DNA of 64,000 nucleotides from Eledone cirrhosa (taxonomy: Eukaryota). The position numbers were made by a program, and so were the translations under genes. Below the pieces are notes generated by a model. The model did not search any database. It had not been told where the DNA came from and worked only from the letters and a program-made list of their open reading frames with translations. Positions 28,057-42,037 of this stretch are shown one piece after another; the first letter of the stretch is position 1; each line of letters begins with the position of its first letter. The stretch is taken from NCBI GenBank assembly GCA_964016885.1, contig OZ024750.1, positions 22,444,001-22,508,000 of the forward strand. Reading direction: 5' to 3'.

Positions 28057-28260
28057 TCTCTCTCCCTGCTCTCAAGAATGTATCCGTTAGGTGGCAGATG
28101 TCTTGTTTTCAACCCGACTCATTGATATCGAGGAATTCAGTCTATGCAGTGGGTATTTCACGATTCCCTTGTAGGCAGTATAGTGATCGTGACATTGATG
28201 ATGGTGGTGGCGGTGGGACTTCAGATAATAATAATATGCTGTGTATATATATATATATAT

Positions 28261-28320
<60 letters not shown>

Positions 28321-28824
28321 GGGCTGCTGAGAGAATCTAGATAATAAATGAAAGACCTGCAAGTGAGTAGATACACACACACTAGAATGTTTAGATACAC
28401 AGAGCAGAGTTAAGGTTTTTTCTTATTTCTAACGATCTTGTCGCCCTACATATGATATCGCCTTTCTGCTATCTCACCAAGTTTCACAAATATCGTATAA
28501 GTTATTTAGTTATTTAGTGTAAAAATCAAAGTTCACTGCAGTTATATATATATGTACGCACAGAAACACATATCTATCTATCTATCTATATATATCTCTC
28601 TCTATATATATATACACACATATATTCCCTTGTTGTTCTCTGATATTTATCATATCTGTACCTTCTCTATGCATTCTGTACAAAGCTATTTAAAAATTTA
28701 ATTAATAGTTGCCACTCTGAGACGACAAATTAATTTCACTTATCTTTGAGTGTTGATCGGTCCATTCCAGATTTATCGACTCATGTTGCATTCGCGCAAT
28801 GATGACAACGATAGACTCCTATTC

Positions 28825-29187
28825 AGTGATGCACTGGGTAATTGCTGGCCTTGTGCCTAAAGTAGAAACAATTATATTAGAGGGTCGGACGCCATGCTTT
28901 CCAGCATAGTTACGTCCCTTTACGATCTGAGTTCAAATCCCGCCGAGGTTGACTTTGCCTTTCATCCTTACGGGGTCGATAAAATAAAGTACCAGTGATG
29001 CACTGGGTAATTGCTGGCCTTGTGCCTAAAGTAGAAGCAATTATGTATATATAACAAAGAGGGTGTGGTAAGATACCAGGTGGACCATAACGCACCTTAA
29101 CTTTGCCTTTAATCCTTACGGGGTCGATAAAATAAAGCACCAGTAATGCACTGGGGTAATTGCTGGCCTTGTTCCAAAAGTAGAAAC

Positions 29188-29190
<3 letters not shown>
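28825..29190 (+). mobile_element. Cluster of truncated SINE family 1 copies with a fold-back family tail fragment
   Basis: Three SINE 3' ends; 29052-29095 matches the GGTAAGATACCAGGTGGACCATAACGCACC tail. Confidence 0.8.
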
Positions 29191-29236
<46 letters not shown>

Positions 29237-29643
29237 CACTTGCATGTGTGGATCTGTATATTTTGAGTTATATATGTACACGTGTATATGTTTCTGTATC
29301 TATGCATCTGTATATACAGTGATTACATTCAATTTCTGAAATGTTTTACATATTTTTAGTTTCATTAATGAATTGTTTTTATACCTTTCTAACTAGCCGT
29401 GTTCTTTCTGGTTCTGTGAAGCCCAGCTTTGTACTGAGGCAGTTAGTAACATATCCAAAAGCCCCAATGATCACAGGTACAAATCTAAAGGTATATTCAG
29501 GGTGGTGTATCTGCTGATTCCGCATTAGTTCAGCATTATATTAACATCTGCTGACCAGCTGATCCCCACTATTGCGCATGCCTTCTTTTATCTGTCCCAT
29601 ATGACTATGCCTGGTCAGTTATGTATGTAAGTATGTATGTATG

Positions 29644-29674
<31 letters not shown>

Positions 29675-29699
29675 GTATGTATGTATGTATGTATGTATG

Positions 29700-30820
29700 T
29701 AAACCACTGGGGGTGAAGGACCCCCCCCCATCCTTTTTCAGGGCATTCTTCTAGGAGAAGGCAACTCAGGAAACTGGGATGACTCCGATATAAAACATGT
29801 GGCTCAGTAGTTACCGATGATGTTGATTTTTCTTCTTTTCGGGTTATAGCTACTGTCGCTCAGAGAGTGGGATTGGCTCAGTGCACAGTCTTTCTTCACT
29901 TTAAAAAATATCTTCACGCTCGGGCATTGCACGATAGAATTAATTAATAATTATTAATAATGTTATATCGTGCAATGACCATACTGATAACGCGGAGACA
30001 TGTATGTATGTATGTATGTATGTATGTATGTATGTATGTATGTATGTATGTATGTATGTATGTATGTATGTATGTATCTCCGGGAGAGATGACCCCTTAG
30101 CCTTTGTCAAGGCAGAATTCTAGAAGGAAAACTCTGATATAACACCTGCAACCCTGATGGTATCCAATGATGTTGACTTGTTCTTCTTTTTGGTAAATAT
30201 CATCTTGGTTAAGAGAGTGGGACTGGCTTTGTGCAGTGCCTTTGCTCACTATAAAAGCTTCACGGCACAGGCATTGCCTTATATCTGGAGATCTCTCTGC
30301 ACTTGTCGTCACATGGTACCATGGGCCCAGCACTATGTGTCAATAATTGTCACAAGTGTAGTGATTGTACCAGAGTTTTCAAGTTGCTGGCTGGACTAAA
30401 AAGTCACACTCGTTCAGCGCATCGGTAGGGGTTCTCCTACATGGGTATAAAGTAGTGGCTGTACTCGAAAACGAGTTGGCAGCCACCATGTATGTATGTA
30501 TGTATGTATGTATGTATGTATGTATGTATGTATGTATGTATGTATGTATGTATGTATGTATGTATGTATGTATGTATGGGAGTCAAAGGCTCCCAGTTGT
30601 TGTCACAACACCTTTGTAAGAGAAGGAAACGCTAAACAAAACAAAAAAACAAACAAACAAACAAAAAACTGCGGCTTCGGAAGCACCCGATGCTGTTGAC
30701 CAGTTCTCCTTTTCGGGTAGTGTTTTCGATGCTCAGAGAGTGGGATTGGTCGAGTGCAAGGCCTTTCCCCACTTAAAAAAAACAACCTTCAAAGCACAGG
30801 CACTGCTTGTTCAGGATCTG
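29700..30820 (+). mobile_element. RTE-type element copy (30080-30487) flanked by two diverged subfamily fragments
   Basis: 29750-29930 and 30620-30810 share CTAGGAGAAGG/GAGAAGGAAAC, GATGTTGA..TTCT(T/C)CTTTT and CAGAGAGTGGGATTGG with the young copy; the pieces are separated by (TATG)n. Confidence 0.75.
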
Positions 30821-31379
30821 TTACAGGTTCCTGTGGCTGGCTAAGTCTGTATCTATCTGTTTGTCTGTATGTCTGTCTATCTTTATGCATGTATGCTCCC
30901 CTCCTCCATAAGTATATCTTTTCTCCCAAAACTACCAAAACACACATCTATTTGTATATACGCTACAATTCATTATATGTTATGTTTATCGCATATCGAA
31001 GTTGTTTTTTTAATATCTTGGTTGATATTAGATAATTGTTTCTACTTTAGGCACAAGGCCAGCAATTACCCAGTTCATTACTGGTACTTTATTTGGTTGA
31101 TATTAGATAATAACAGCTAAACTAATCACCATAACTAAATTGACCAAATTTACCCCCCCCCCCCCTCCCAAATCAGAAATGCTTAACATTAAATGCATAA
31201 ACTCACTAAAACTTCTTTTTAACACTCCCTGTACAAGCCAGTGATGTTAGCCTTACACGACCGTCGGTCTTATATACCATCAAATACAGTAGTGTGTCTT
31301 ATGTTGAGATAAATACATCTTTCATTCCTTTAAAGTCACACAAACCAAATATATGTTCCGGCTGTAAGTTCTTTGAAAA

Positions 31380-31432
<53 letters not shown>

Positions 31433-32418
31433 TCACTCTGTCGCCCCCCCTCTCTCTCTCTCTATATATATATATACACGTAAACATACATACATAGTTC
31501 ATACATAGATTCATGCCTACACGCCCAATTATATGAGTATGTGAGAGTGTGTGTGTGTGTGTATATATATAACTATTTATGTATGTATGTATGTACGTAC
31601 GTATGTGTGTGTGTGTGTATATAACTATTTATGTATGTACGTATATGTGTGTGTGTCTGTATGTATGTGTGTGTGTGTATGTATCTATGTTTGTATGTAT
31701 GTATGTATGCATATACGTAAGTATGTAAGTATGTATGCATGTGTATAGGGAGAGTGAATTAAACCCTGCATAATTATATATCTGTGTCGATGTAAGAAAA
31801 CACGTTTCCACTTGTCTTCAATAACATTACACAAACAAACATTGACAAACAATTTAATATCTTTATCCTCATCTCATTGACATTTGGTTTCTTCTGTCTT
31901 GATACATCTTAAGCTCTATTGCCTACAATTTAGATAGAAATAAATGCAACCATAATGATTTACTGGCAGTTTCTAATGAAATGGAACAAATTACATTGAT
32001 TAAAATAAAACAAAATAAAGAACAAAAAATAAAACAAAATAAAGAACAAAAAATAAAAATAAAAATAAAACGATCGAATATGGTCCAGAGAACATATTTT
32101 CCTCTGTATCGATTTTTCTTGAAGATCATTAATTGAAAAATCTCAAAGAATTGAAATGTATATTAACTGCTAGTAAGGCTTCTCTAAAATTGTTGGTATA
32201 ATAACGAACGATTCGTGATGAATGGCGTTCAGTTTGCAGCAATCCCAAAGTACATTAACCCTTTTGAAATAGCTCACCACCTGAATCGGCCGTTGGTTGT
32301 GTAAACTTTTAGTGTTTGTAGAGAACATATTGCTTGTTGTTGAAATAATATGAAATTTCAACATCTACAACTGTGAATAGAAATTAGGTTCCCATAATAT
32401 ATATATATATATATGTGT

Positions 32419-32518
<100 letters not shown>

Positions 32519-33800
32519 GATGCACGAGCAGAAGGACGTGTTTTTCTTGCCGGAAAATCGAATTTCATCTGAGGATACCGTTCTCATAACAACAACAAAT
32601 GCATGAATTACATCTTGATTGCATGGGAGAACCGTTGAAATAATTATAATGAATAAACGATTTATGTAACATCACCATCTTTATTAATGTTATATATATA
32701 TATGTATATAAATACCAGCTTAATAATGAGTAAGTTATGTTACTAAAACCTTGATTATTTTCAAAACCATTTGAAAACCATAGGCAGAGTCCTTTATCAG
32801 AAATACGGTACCGAAAGGGTTAAGCAAGTTTTCATCAAGATTGGCTCCTGGTACTTAAGGCAGAACATGTAATATAAAAAACCCAAACCATATAATTGAA
32901 GTAGGGTACATATGTTGTTGGACACCTGTTGGTACTGAGTATGAGTGTTCCAGGTGTTTGATCAACGGAACACCCTGATCGTGAAATTAAGGTGTAAATG
33001 ACTGAGCATTCTACATACACGTGTACCCTTCCCATAGCTCTCATGGAGTTTTAGCGCAGCGCAAGTGTGTGACAAGGCTGGTCCTTTGAATTACTAGTAC
33101 AACTAATTTTTGCCAGCTTAGTCGATTAGAGCAACATAAAATAAAGTGTCTTCCACAAAGACATTACGTGCTACCGAGAACCGAAGTCACGATTTTAAAA
33201 TCGGGATCTGAACACCTCAACCACAAAGACACGTGCCTTCACTAGGGTACATATAACACGTATGTAACCCTCATTCCAGCTGTCATTCATAAAAATGAAA
33301 TATTTATATTAAAATCAGATTTGTTATTTGTGATTATTTATATATCTTAGGCCAGCCTTACGTGCCTTGCATTCGTGCAGGAAACGTCACTTGATTAAAT
33401 GGTTTGTGGAATCTATTTCACATTTTATATGTTAGTATTTAACTGGCGGCCAATTGGCAGAGTCGTTAGAACGTCAAATAGAAGGCTTTGTGGTATGAAT
33501 TCTGGCCCTCTGTGCTCTGAGATCAAATCCTGCCGCAGTCAATTTTTCCTTTCATCTTTCAAGGCCAGTACTGGGGATAGGTGGGTTATTTCTCCTTCTC
33601 ACTCTCTTTCTCTGGAAGAAATCGTTCCGAGAGATGGGCTTCGACAAGTTAAAAAAACCAAAGAAACGCTGCTACGACTCCACTAGGAGACAAGGATTGA
33701 TGGCATGGATGTGTCATTACTGCTGTTCTTTACCTATGATCAAAGTCATCTATTTTTTAGGACTGGTGTATCTCAAACCACATGATTTAATATGTTTTCA

Positions 33801-33992
33801 GGGCGGTGAATTGGCAGTATCGGTAGATGGTCGGACGCCATGCTTTCCAGCATAGTTACGTCCCTTTACGGTCTGAGTTCAAATCCCGTCGAGGTCAACT
33901 TTGCCTTTCATCCTTACGGAGTCGATAAAATAAAGTACCAGTAATGTACTGGACAATTGCTGGTCTTGTGCCAAAAGTAGAAACAATTATTT
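33801..33992 (+). mobile_element. SINE family 1 with TSD
   Basis: Full-length copy flanked by ATTTAATATGTT. Confidence 0.9.
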
Positions 33993-34047
33993 AATATGTT
34001 CTTAAAAAAAAAAAAAAAAATCAACAATACCAAGGTATGATTTGGGG

Positions 34048-34204
34048 CAGCGGTCGCTAACCAGTGGTCTGCAAGAAAATGTTGGTAGTCAGCAGAAACA
34101 TTTTAATGTATTTATCTTTCTAAAAAAAATTCATATTAGTCGTCTGCGGGATTTAAAATTATGAATTTAGAAGTTCGTGAGGTCCGAAAGTTTGGCGACT
34201 TCTG
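34048..34204. mobile_element. hAT MITE with 8-bp TSD
   Basis: TIRs CAGCGGTCGCTAAC / GTTTGGCGACTTCTG; ATTTGGGG on both sides (34040-34047 and 34205-34212). Confidence 0.85.
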
Positions 34205-34560
34205 ATTTGGGGGGACATGTCTTTTACAAACCACCTCCCCTCTATCTATATTATTTAACTACCACCAATGAATATTCTTCTAACAATTATAAGAAACAAT
34301 AATAGTATTATTAATAATAATGATGCACTGCCTTTTACCTCAACCTTCGCGTACGTTCTTCGTTATGTAAGCGGATATATATATATTATATATATATATT
34401 ATATATATATATTATATATATATATTATATATATATATATTATATATATATATTATATATATATATCCGCTTACTAATGACGGTCGCGAGAATGAATATT
34501 CACTGCCATAGTGAAGATTAATGTTTTTTTTTATTTTTTATTAAGGCCAAGTTTGAGTCT

Positions 34561-34655
34561 CTTGTTAGTCAGGACTTCGCCTGTGTACCCACAGGGTCAT
34601 CAGTCAAGTCTTGTCTGATGATTCATTGAGTACACAGGAGAAAGTTCAGACTAAG
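34561..34655. ncRNA. Back-to-back inverted pair of degenerate hammerheads
   Basis: Minus 34608-34561: CTTGA-CTGATGA-cCCTGTG ggta CACAGGc-GAAGTC ct GACT-A-ACAAG. Plus 34610-34655: CTTGT-CTGATGA-TTC..GGA-GAAAGTTCAGACT-A. Both lie within a larger inverted repeat at ~34541-34675. Confidence 0.65.
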
Positions 34656-34777
34656 CATCAACCACTTGGCTTTAATATAGAAACTATATTTATATTTATA
34701 TATATTTGATTTTTTCTAATTTCAAATTTCCAATCCAACCAAGTCTTGTTCATATATATATATATGACCAGGGTTTA

Positions 34778-34815
<38 letters not shown>

Positions 34816-36783
34816 TTCATATATACATATAAGATCTATACAGTGTTAATGTGGTCAACATAATTTAGAAACAAGAACAGGACGTACTTAAATCTACTTC
34901 CTACTCGAAAGATCTTAACGATAACCGAAAATTCTTACAACGAATACGCACGTTTTTCTTCATTTTCGAATACAAATTTACTGATGTCTATCATAGTATA
35001 TTTTTCATTTAGCTTAATGGGTACCATTCCTTGTTGAAACACTGATTTTTATCAAGAATTCGTTATTCAGCATCTTGTAGTCATTCATATTTTTCTCTCA
35101 ATTATAACCTCTATGTTTCCTTAATCGTAGCAATTCGGGCTTCTAATAATGTCCGGAGTTATATATATAGTTCTTCTTTACTCTTAGATTCTTAGACACT
35201 TCAGTATCGTTCAACGTCTATCTTTTTCATTGTTAACCCTTTTTATACTAAACAGGTCGTGGTTATACGACCCTGGTTCTATGATATTAACCTGTTTATT
35301 TTCAAGTGTTTATATTTATTTATCTAAAAAAAAAAAATTTTCCAACATAATTTTATGTAAGAACCAGTTGTGGATTAAGTTTGCAAGTGGCCCCTGGTTG
35401 AACATTTCATTGGGTTCCTTGTGTATTATTCTTGGTAGAAAAAAATAATTTAGGTTCCTTTATATATGACTGCAAACAGTCAGAACTTCCTCCGCCTAAT
35501 TCAATCCGATATATTACACTATATATATATTATACTAAAATCATTATATTATATTATATATATAAACACATGCACGCACAATCATTCTAAGGCGATCGAT
35601 TTGGCAGAGTCGTTAGAACGTTGGATATTTGTTCAGGGTCTCTGCGTTTTGAGTTCAAATCCCACCGATATCCACTTTCACCCTTTCAGAGTCGATAAAG
35701 AAAGTACCAGCCCAGTGTATGTGCAGCCCTCTTTCCTTCTAATTGTCACACCCTGGATGTTTCGTTGGATTAAAGTGGGGAGAATGGAAAGCTGGTCTAT
35801 GATTGCTCGCGACTGCATGGGTACTTAAAACCTTTAACGAAAAGGACACGCACCAACTCATACTCGATTGTGCATTATGGCTGTAGTTATATATTTTCTG
35901 ACCCCGTTATATTTGATATTTATTCAAGAATCTGCAAGAGTGCTGTAGATCCTATTTCTGTCTACAGCGTGTTGGAGAGAGTCTCTAAAGCCTAACACGA
36001 ATATGTAAATCACTTCAAAGTATGAAATCAATAAATTTTATCATTCTTCACTTCTTTCCTTCTCTTTACAACATTCTCTCGCCGAGAAGGAAACTTTAAT
36101 GTGATCGGCTCACGCATTCCTTTGTAGTTCTATGTAAACAATATTAAAGAGATCAATAATTTTATAGGCTAGAATTCAAACGAGAACATTCGACAAGAAA
36201 GGACATCCTTCCGAAAAAATCCTGTCTGTTCTTGCTCTCACTAATGCCTTAAGAAAGGACAACGATGGTCATGCAATTTACCCATTTCTCATTTTTTTAA
36301 AATTCCTTTACTGGTTTCAGTCATTAAAATGCGGCCATGTTGGCTCTCCGCTTTCATTTAAACAATTATATCGACCCCAGTACTTTATTGTCAAGTCTGG
36401 TACTTACTTTATCGATTGTTTTTGTCGTACCGCGAAGTTTGACACACACAAACGTGTTCGTAAGTCCAATACGTAAGGCCATAGGCCTTCGCTCTTCTTA
36501 ATACATACTTCTTGATTCTTCTTGAGTTTCCATTCCAACTGTAAATGGAGTCGTCCTTGAGAGGTTTCGATAACATATCACTTTTTCTAGGTTGCTAATC
36601 CCTTGTTAAAAAAAAAAGGATGCTGAGAGCATTCTCTTATGGTTGAACCCGAGATCATGTTATTGCGAAGAGAGTTTATACCCCAGACAAATATAAACAC
36701 TGTGTATCTATATATAATACCTGTGATTACGAAGTGAGTTTCTTTAACCATAGGCAAATGTAAACACTGTATATATATATATA

Positions 36784-37170
36784 CAGACCTGTCAACTCTC
36801 CCCGTCCTACAGGGAGATCTCTCACCTACGTTGAGGTGGGTGAGAGTCTTCTCTTGTGAAAAGGAGTATAGCTTTCATTATGTAAAATAGGCGGCGGATT
36901 GGCAGTATCGGTAGAGGGTCGGACGCCATGCTTTCCAGCATAGTTACGTCCTTTTACGATCTAAGTTCAAATCCCGCCGAGGTTGACTTTGCCTTTCATC
37001 CTTACGGGGTCGATAAAATAAAGTACCAGTAATGCACTGGATAATTGCTGGCCTTGTGCCTAAAGTAGAAACAATTATGTAAAATATCCCCATTTTACCT
37101 CATTTCTCCCCGTTTTAGGGCACTTTTTTATGGTAATTCTCGTTTGGGTTTTTAGAGGTTAAGAGGTCTA
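36784..37170. mobile_element. hAT-like MITE interrupted by SINE family 1
   Basis: Terminus CAGACCTGTCAAC; SINE at 36890-37077 with TSD ATTATGTAAAATA. An uninterrupted copy in opposite orientation lies at 62310-62511. Confidence 0.75.
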
Positions 37171-37447
37171 GTATATATAATATCTGTGTCTATAGTTTTT
37201 TATGTGGTGACCATGTTTTTCTCCACCGCAACCGGACTTTGGAAAACAACTATTGGGATTATCTTGTTTCAGTTTTTGTTTTGGTTTGTTGCAACTGTTG
37301 GCGTTGGTCTTGTTGAACTTTTGCCGATGCATTTTGATTTATAGCTTCAAACTAATACCACCCGATACGTAATTTTCCGTGTCTGATATACAGTAGACAG
37401 ACACACAGGTAGGCAACGTTTTTTTATATTATTATTATACTGTTGCT

Positions 37448-37725
37448 ACGGGGTCGATAAAATAAAGTACCAGTAATGTACTGGGTAATTGCTGGCCTTG
37501 TGCCAAAAGTAGAAACAATTATTATACTATTGCTAGGGCGGTGGATTGGCAGTATCGGTCGAGGGTCGGACGCCATGCTTTGACGTATAGAGTTATGGCC
37601 CTTGCCATTCTGAGTTCAAATCCCGCCGAGGTTAACTTTGCCTTTCATCCTTACGGCGTCGATAACATAAAGTACCAGTAATGCACTGGGTAATTGCTGG
37701 CCTTGTGCCAAACGTAGAAACTATT
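37448..37725 (+). mobile_element. Two tandem SINE family 1 copies
   Basis: Truncated plus full copy; ATTATTATACT(GT/AT/AC)TGCTA occurs three times around them. Confidence 0.9.
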
Positions 37726-38042
37726 ATTATACTACTGCTAATCTTTTGAGTGTACTTGTATATAGGACAACCTCTTATGGCTGCCTCGGTCGCCGACACA
37801 GCTTAAACAATACTACTACCCATCCCTTATCAGTGAACTCCAAGGAGTACATTGATACTACGACTGAATCTGAATTGACAACGCCTTAAGGATATATAAC
37901 AGTGTGGCAGAGATAATTCCATTCAATCGAGAATCCACAAATCTGATGTGTGTGTGTGTTAGCACAGATTAAAAGTTTAAGCAAACAATTTCTGCTTTCA
38001 CTCTAAAGAGGGTATATATATATATATATATATCTATATCTA

Positions 38043-38082
<40 letters not shown>

Positions 38083-38089
38083 TATACAT

Positions 38090-38124
<35 letters not shown>

Positions 38125-38393
38125 TATATTTATATATATATATGTGTGTGTGTATATATGTATGCACATCTATCTATCCCTCTTTATATATATATATATA
38201 TAACGAAGGAGGTGTGGTAAGGAACCAGGTGGACCATAACGCACCAGAGTACTCAATACTTAGGGTAGTAGAGTGGGTAATAGGAAAATGTTTAACCCCG
38301 ACGGCAGAGCTCAAGCCGTTTCGACGGGTATTTCTGGACCAGAAATAGCCGTCGAAACGGCTTGAGCTCTGCCGTCGGGGTTAAACATTTTCG

Positions 38394-38491
<98 letters not shown>

Positions 38492-41309
38492 AAAGAGGGA
38501 TAGATAGATAGGTGTACATATGTAACCGTAGCTGGTATATTATATATACACCATTTCATTGTGTTCTGCAATACAAGAAGTCAAAACTCACTTTCTACAT
38601 TTTCTCAGCTTTGTCCTATAACTAGTAATGTTTCTTGTTACACGTTGCTCTTGTAAAACACTCCTTGGTTTTGTTCCTGTTGTTATTGATACTGTTGATA
38701 ATACTGTTTGGTGATGCGCATGTTCGAGTAAGTTTTTCGTTATTCACTTTTCTTATTTGTTCTACATATTTATACTATTATTTCCTCTTTTCTTTAAACT
38801 ATGGTGTCGAAGATATGTTTATTTAATAATCTACGCAATTTGCTCTATGCGAGATATATTTACCTACATTTACCATCTGCTAAGAGATTTTCTTTCTAGT
38901 TTTCAACGTTAAACATGTTGTTCTGACATCTACCTTTAAGTTACTCGCTAGTATTTCTTTCTAACTCCCAGTTTATATTGTTATATTTGTTGAGGAAACT
39001 ACCCCTGGCTGTAACTAACTATTGCTAAATTATCCTTGACTCTAATTAGCTGCTGTTAAAATAACATTGATTTTAATTGGCTGCTGTTAGATTACACTTG
39101 GTTATCATTCTAAAAAAATATCTAAAGTTTATCTCAAGCCCGGTGCTTATTCTGGTTTCCTTTGCGTTAAGCGATTAAGAGTAGAAAACTGCCTCCTCGA
39201 CTGGACTTTAGTCCATCGTAGGGTTAAAATCCCAGCTACTGCTGGTAATCATTTCAGCTAAGTACACTGGAGCAACGCGAAATGAAGTATTTTTCTCAAG
39301 AACACAACATACAATTCAGTCCAGAGATCGAACATTATGATCAGATCTTATATCCAACCTATGTATAAGGATCAAAGAGGTGAGCTACAGGTTTGGAAAT
39401 GTACCACAAGTGAAATAAAAGTGAAATAGGTGACACATTTTGCACCTGGCCTGATCCTAGTACCAGCTTTGAGTAACTACGTTTTACATCTAGCCAGGAT
39501 ATATTACTATCTTTGTGGGTAGGCTGGTGTGTGTGTGTGTGTGGGTGGGTGGGGGGGGCATTTTATATCTGGCCTGCTTATTACCAGCTTTATTACCTGG
39601 CCTTATCTGGCCTTATTACCAGCTTTAGGTTCCTACATTTTACATCTGGCCTGTACTTATAACCAGCTTTGAAGTGAGGAGGTGGCTAAAATTTTGCCTG
39701 GGCCTATAACCACCTTGTGGAGAAGGTGAGTGGTTTGATTCTAAATTGGTACATCTGACCTGGGCTTATTACCAATGGTAGTGGTGGTGGGCTAAAGTTT
39801 TATATCTAGCTTGGTCATATTACCAACTTTACACAGGCCTGATGACGTCTATCAATATCTGTTGTTCAGTTACCGAGCATCTTGGCATCTTAAGGTAGAT
39901 CTATTGAAACAAGAAGGTTGGTCTATTTGTATGCATGACATAGCCTCTTTTTAGCTCTTTGTGGAAATTACCACCCCCATTCGAGTATGAACACAGCAGA
40001 TTTCTTCCAAAGAGAGACTAAGAGAGGGGTGCGAGAAATTGGGAAAGAGATATAGAAGAAGTATCGGCCCAGTACTGGATTAGTACTTTGTTCATCTAGC
40101 TCGAAAGAGCGAAAATGTAACGTTGACCTCGGCGTGATTTGAACTCAGAACGCAGAGAGCTGAAACAAATACTGCAACTCATTCTATCCGACGTTCAAAC
40201 AACTCTGCCAGTCATCGCCTTGGTATATTTATTGTCTACTGTAAAGGGTGTCAATAAATTGTTTACGACAACAAACGATGACGCGTGTTCATTTACCGAA
40301 CATTTTAATATCTGAGGGTAGACTTGTCAACACCTCCCTCTCGCTTCCTGTTTGTTTATTCATGATCAATGCAGTCTATAAGTTGTTGTTTATGGCAAAT
40401 AGCAATGTCTATTGTTCTACCAGCGGGCCAGTTTTGATGGTGGGCGTTAAAGACTCTTCTAAGTATAATTGTTTCTACTTTAGGCACAAGGCCAGCAATT
40501 ATCCAGTGCATTACTGGTACTTTATTTTATCGACCCCGTAAGGATGAAAGGCAAAGTCAACCTCTTCTAAGTATAATGTACATTAAAAAGCATGTGCAGT
40601 CATGCATGAAAATAGTAAATATATACCAGATTTTAAGCGTAATTAATATTTTACAAATACATACATGCGTCATTTGTGGTTGTAGCATGGTTGGATGGTT
40701 AAAGGAGTTCGTTTCGCATTCATTAGGTCCCGGATTCGATCCCACAGCGTACCATCTTGAGTAAGTGTCATTTACTACAATCTTGGATCGACCCATGCTT
40801 TGTGAGTGAAATTGGGTAGACGGACACTGTTTGGAAGCCTGTCGGATGGATTGTACCTCCAATTAAATAAAGCAAAAACAAGCTATGTCATACTGTGTCA
40901 CGCTAAATCTCCCTGAGAATTACGTTAAGGATACACATGCCGATGGAATACTCAGCCACTCACACGCTGATTTAATGAGTAAGCTATTCCGCTGATCAAA
41001 CAACTGGAACACTCATCATCGAAACCGACGGAGTTCCATCCGACATGTTATTTATTTAACTTACAATTCTCCACACATTATCATTGAACTTACAGAAAAA
41101 AAACTAAAGAAAATTTATATTAATCATTGACTAACATCAAATGAAAGTAATATTAGCCTAGGACTAGACCAATGTGTGTTTTTTAAAAAAATATAATTTA
41201 ATACCACCGGGTCAGTTTTGTGTGATATCCCATATATTGAATACTAACTTACTTATTGTACTCATAGATTTATTCAAAAACATTTCTTACACATTTGGTG
41301 AAAAATATA

Positions 41310-41350
41310 TTTCGCTGATGAGGTCAAAATAGACCGAAACATATCCAAAG
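41310..41350 (+). ncRNA. Degenerate minimal hammerhead
   Basis: TTTCG-CTGATGA-GGTC aaaata GACC-GAA-ACATAT-C-CAAAG; perfect core and stem II, one mismatch each in stems I and III. Confidence 0.6.
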
Positions 41351-41783
41351 TTGTCAGTCCTACTTCACAAAAAGAAAAAGAAAAGTATATAGAAAAAAAT
41401 GAAAGTGATATAAAACAATAACTTGGCAAATGTTTTTATATATATTTAATTTAATACAGTTTAGTCAGTATTATGTAATGTTCCATATGCTGAATACGTT
41501 AATACAAACTTATTGTATTTATACATTTGTGTGTAGCTCAAAAACGTATCATACAGACATTTTTTTTCTTTTTGCTATCGTTAACCTACTTTTATACATT
41601 AAAGGCTTGTCAGTGTTCCTGTTGAAGCTCTCTTTGTAAGTTTGTGTACCAGTTCAATCTACACGTTACCGTTGTTGTCGTCGTCATTGTTTGATCGCAT
41701 TCAACGCAGATCGAGCTGACCTACGACCAAAAGCTTTCCTGCCGTGGCAATCCCATATTTTGACTACATTATTCAATGTACTA

Positions 41784-42037
41784 CGGTGGATTGGGCGGTG
41801 GATTGGCAGTATCAGTATGAGGGCGGTGGATTGGCAGTATCAGTAGAGGGCGGTGGATTGGCAGTATCGGTAGAGGGTCGGACGCCATGCTTTCCAGCAT
41901 AGTTACGTCCCTTTACGATCTGAGTTCAAATCCCGCCGAGGTTGACTTTGCCTTTCATCCTTACGGGGTCGATAAAATAAAGTACCAGTAATGGACTGGG
42001 TATTTGCTGGCCTTGTGCCTAAAGTAGAAACAATTAT
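41784..42037 (+). mobile_element. SINE family 1 with multimerised 5' end
   Basis: GGGCGGTGGATTGGCAGTATC three times plus a partial fourth; TSD ATTATTCAATGTACTA. Confidence 0.9.

Noticed and set aside
32305-32385. Possible minus-strand terminal exon (acceptor ATTTCTATTCACAG, then VDVEISYYFNNKQYVLYKH*)
   Set aside because: Short, unrecognised peptide with no identifiable upstream exon; cannot be supported without transcript data.
39835-39915. CTGATGA here, and CTGANGA hits at ~17823, 32569 and 45132
   Set aside because: No stem II immediately followed by GAAA and no stem I/III pairing; expected chance matches.
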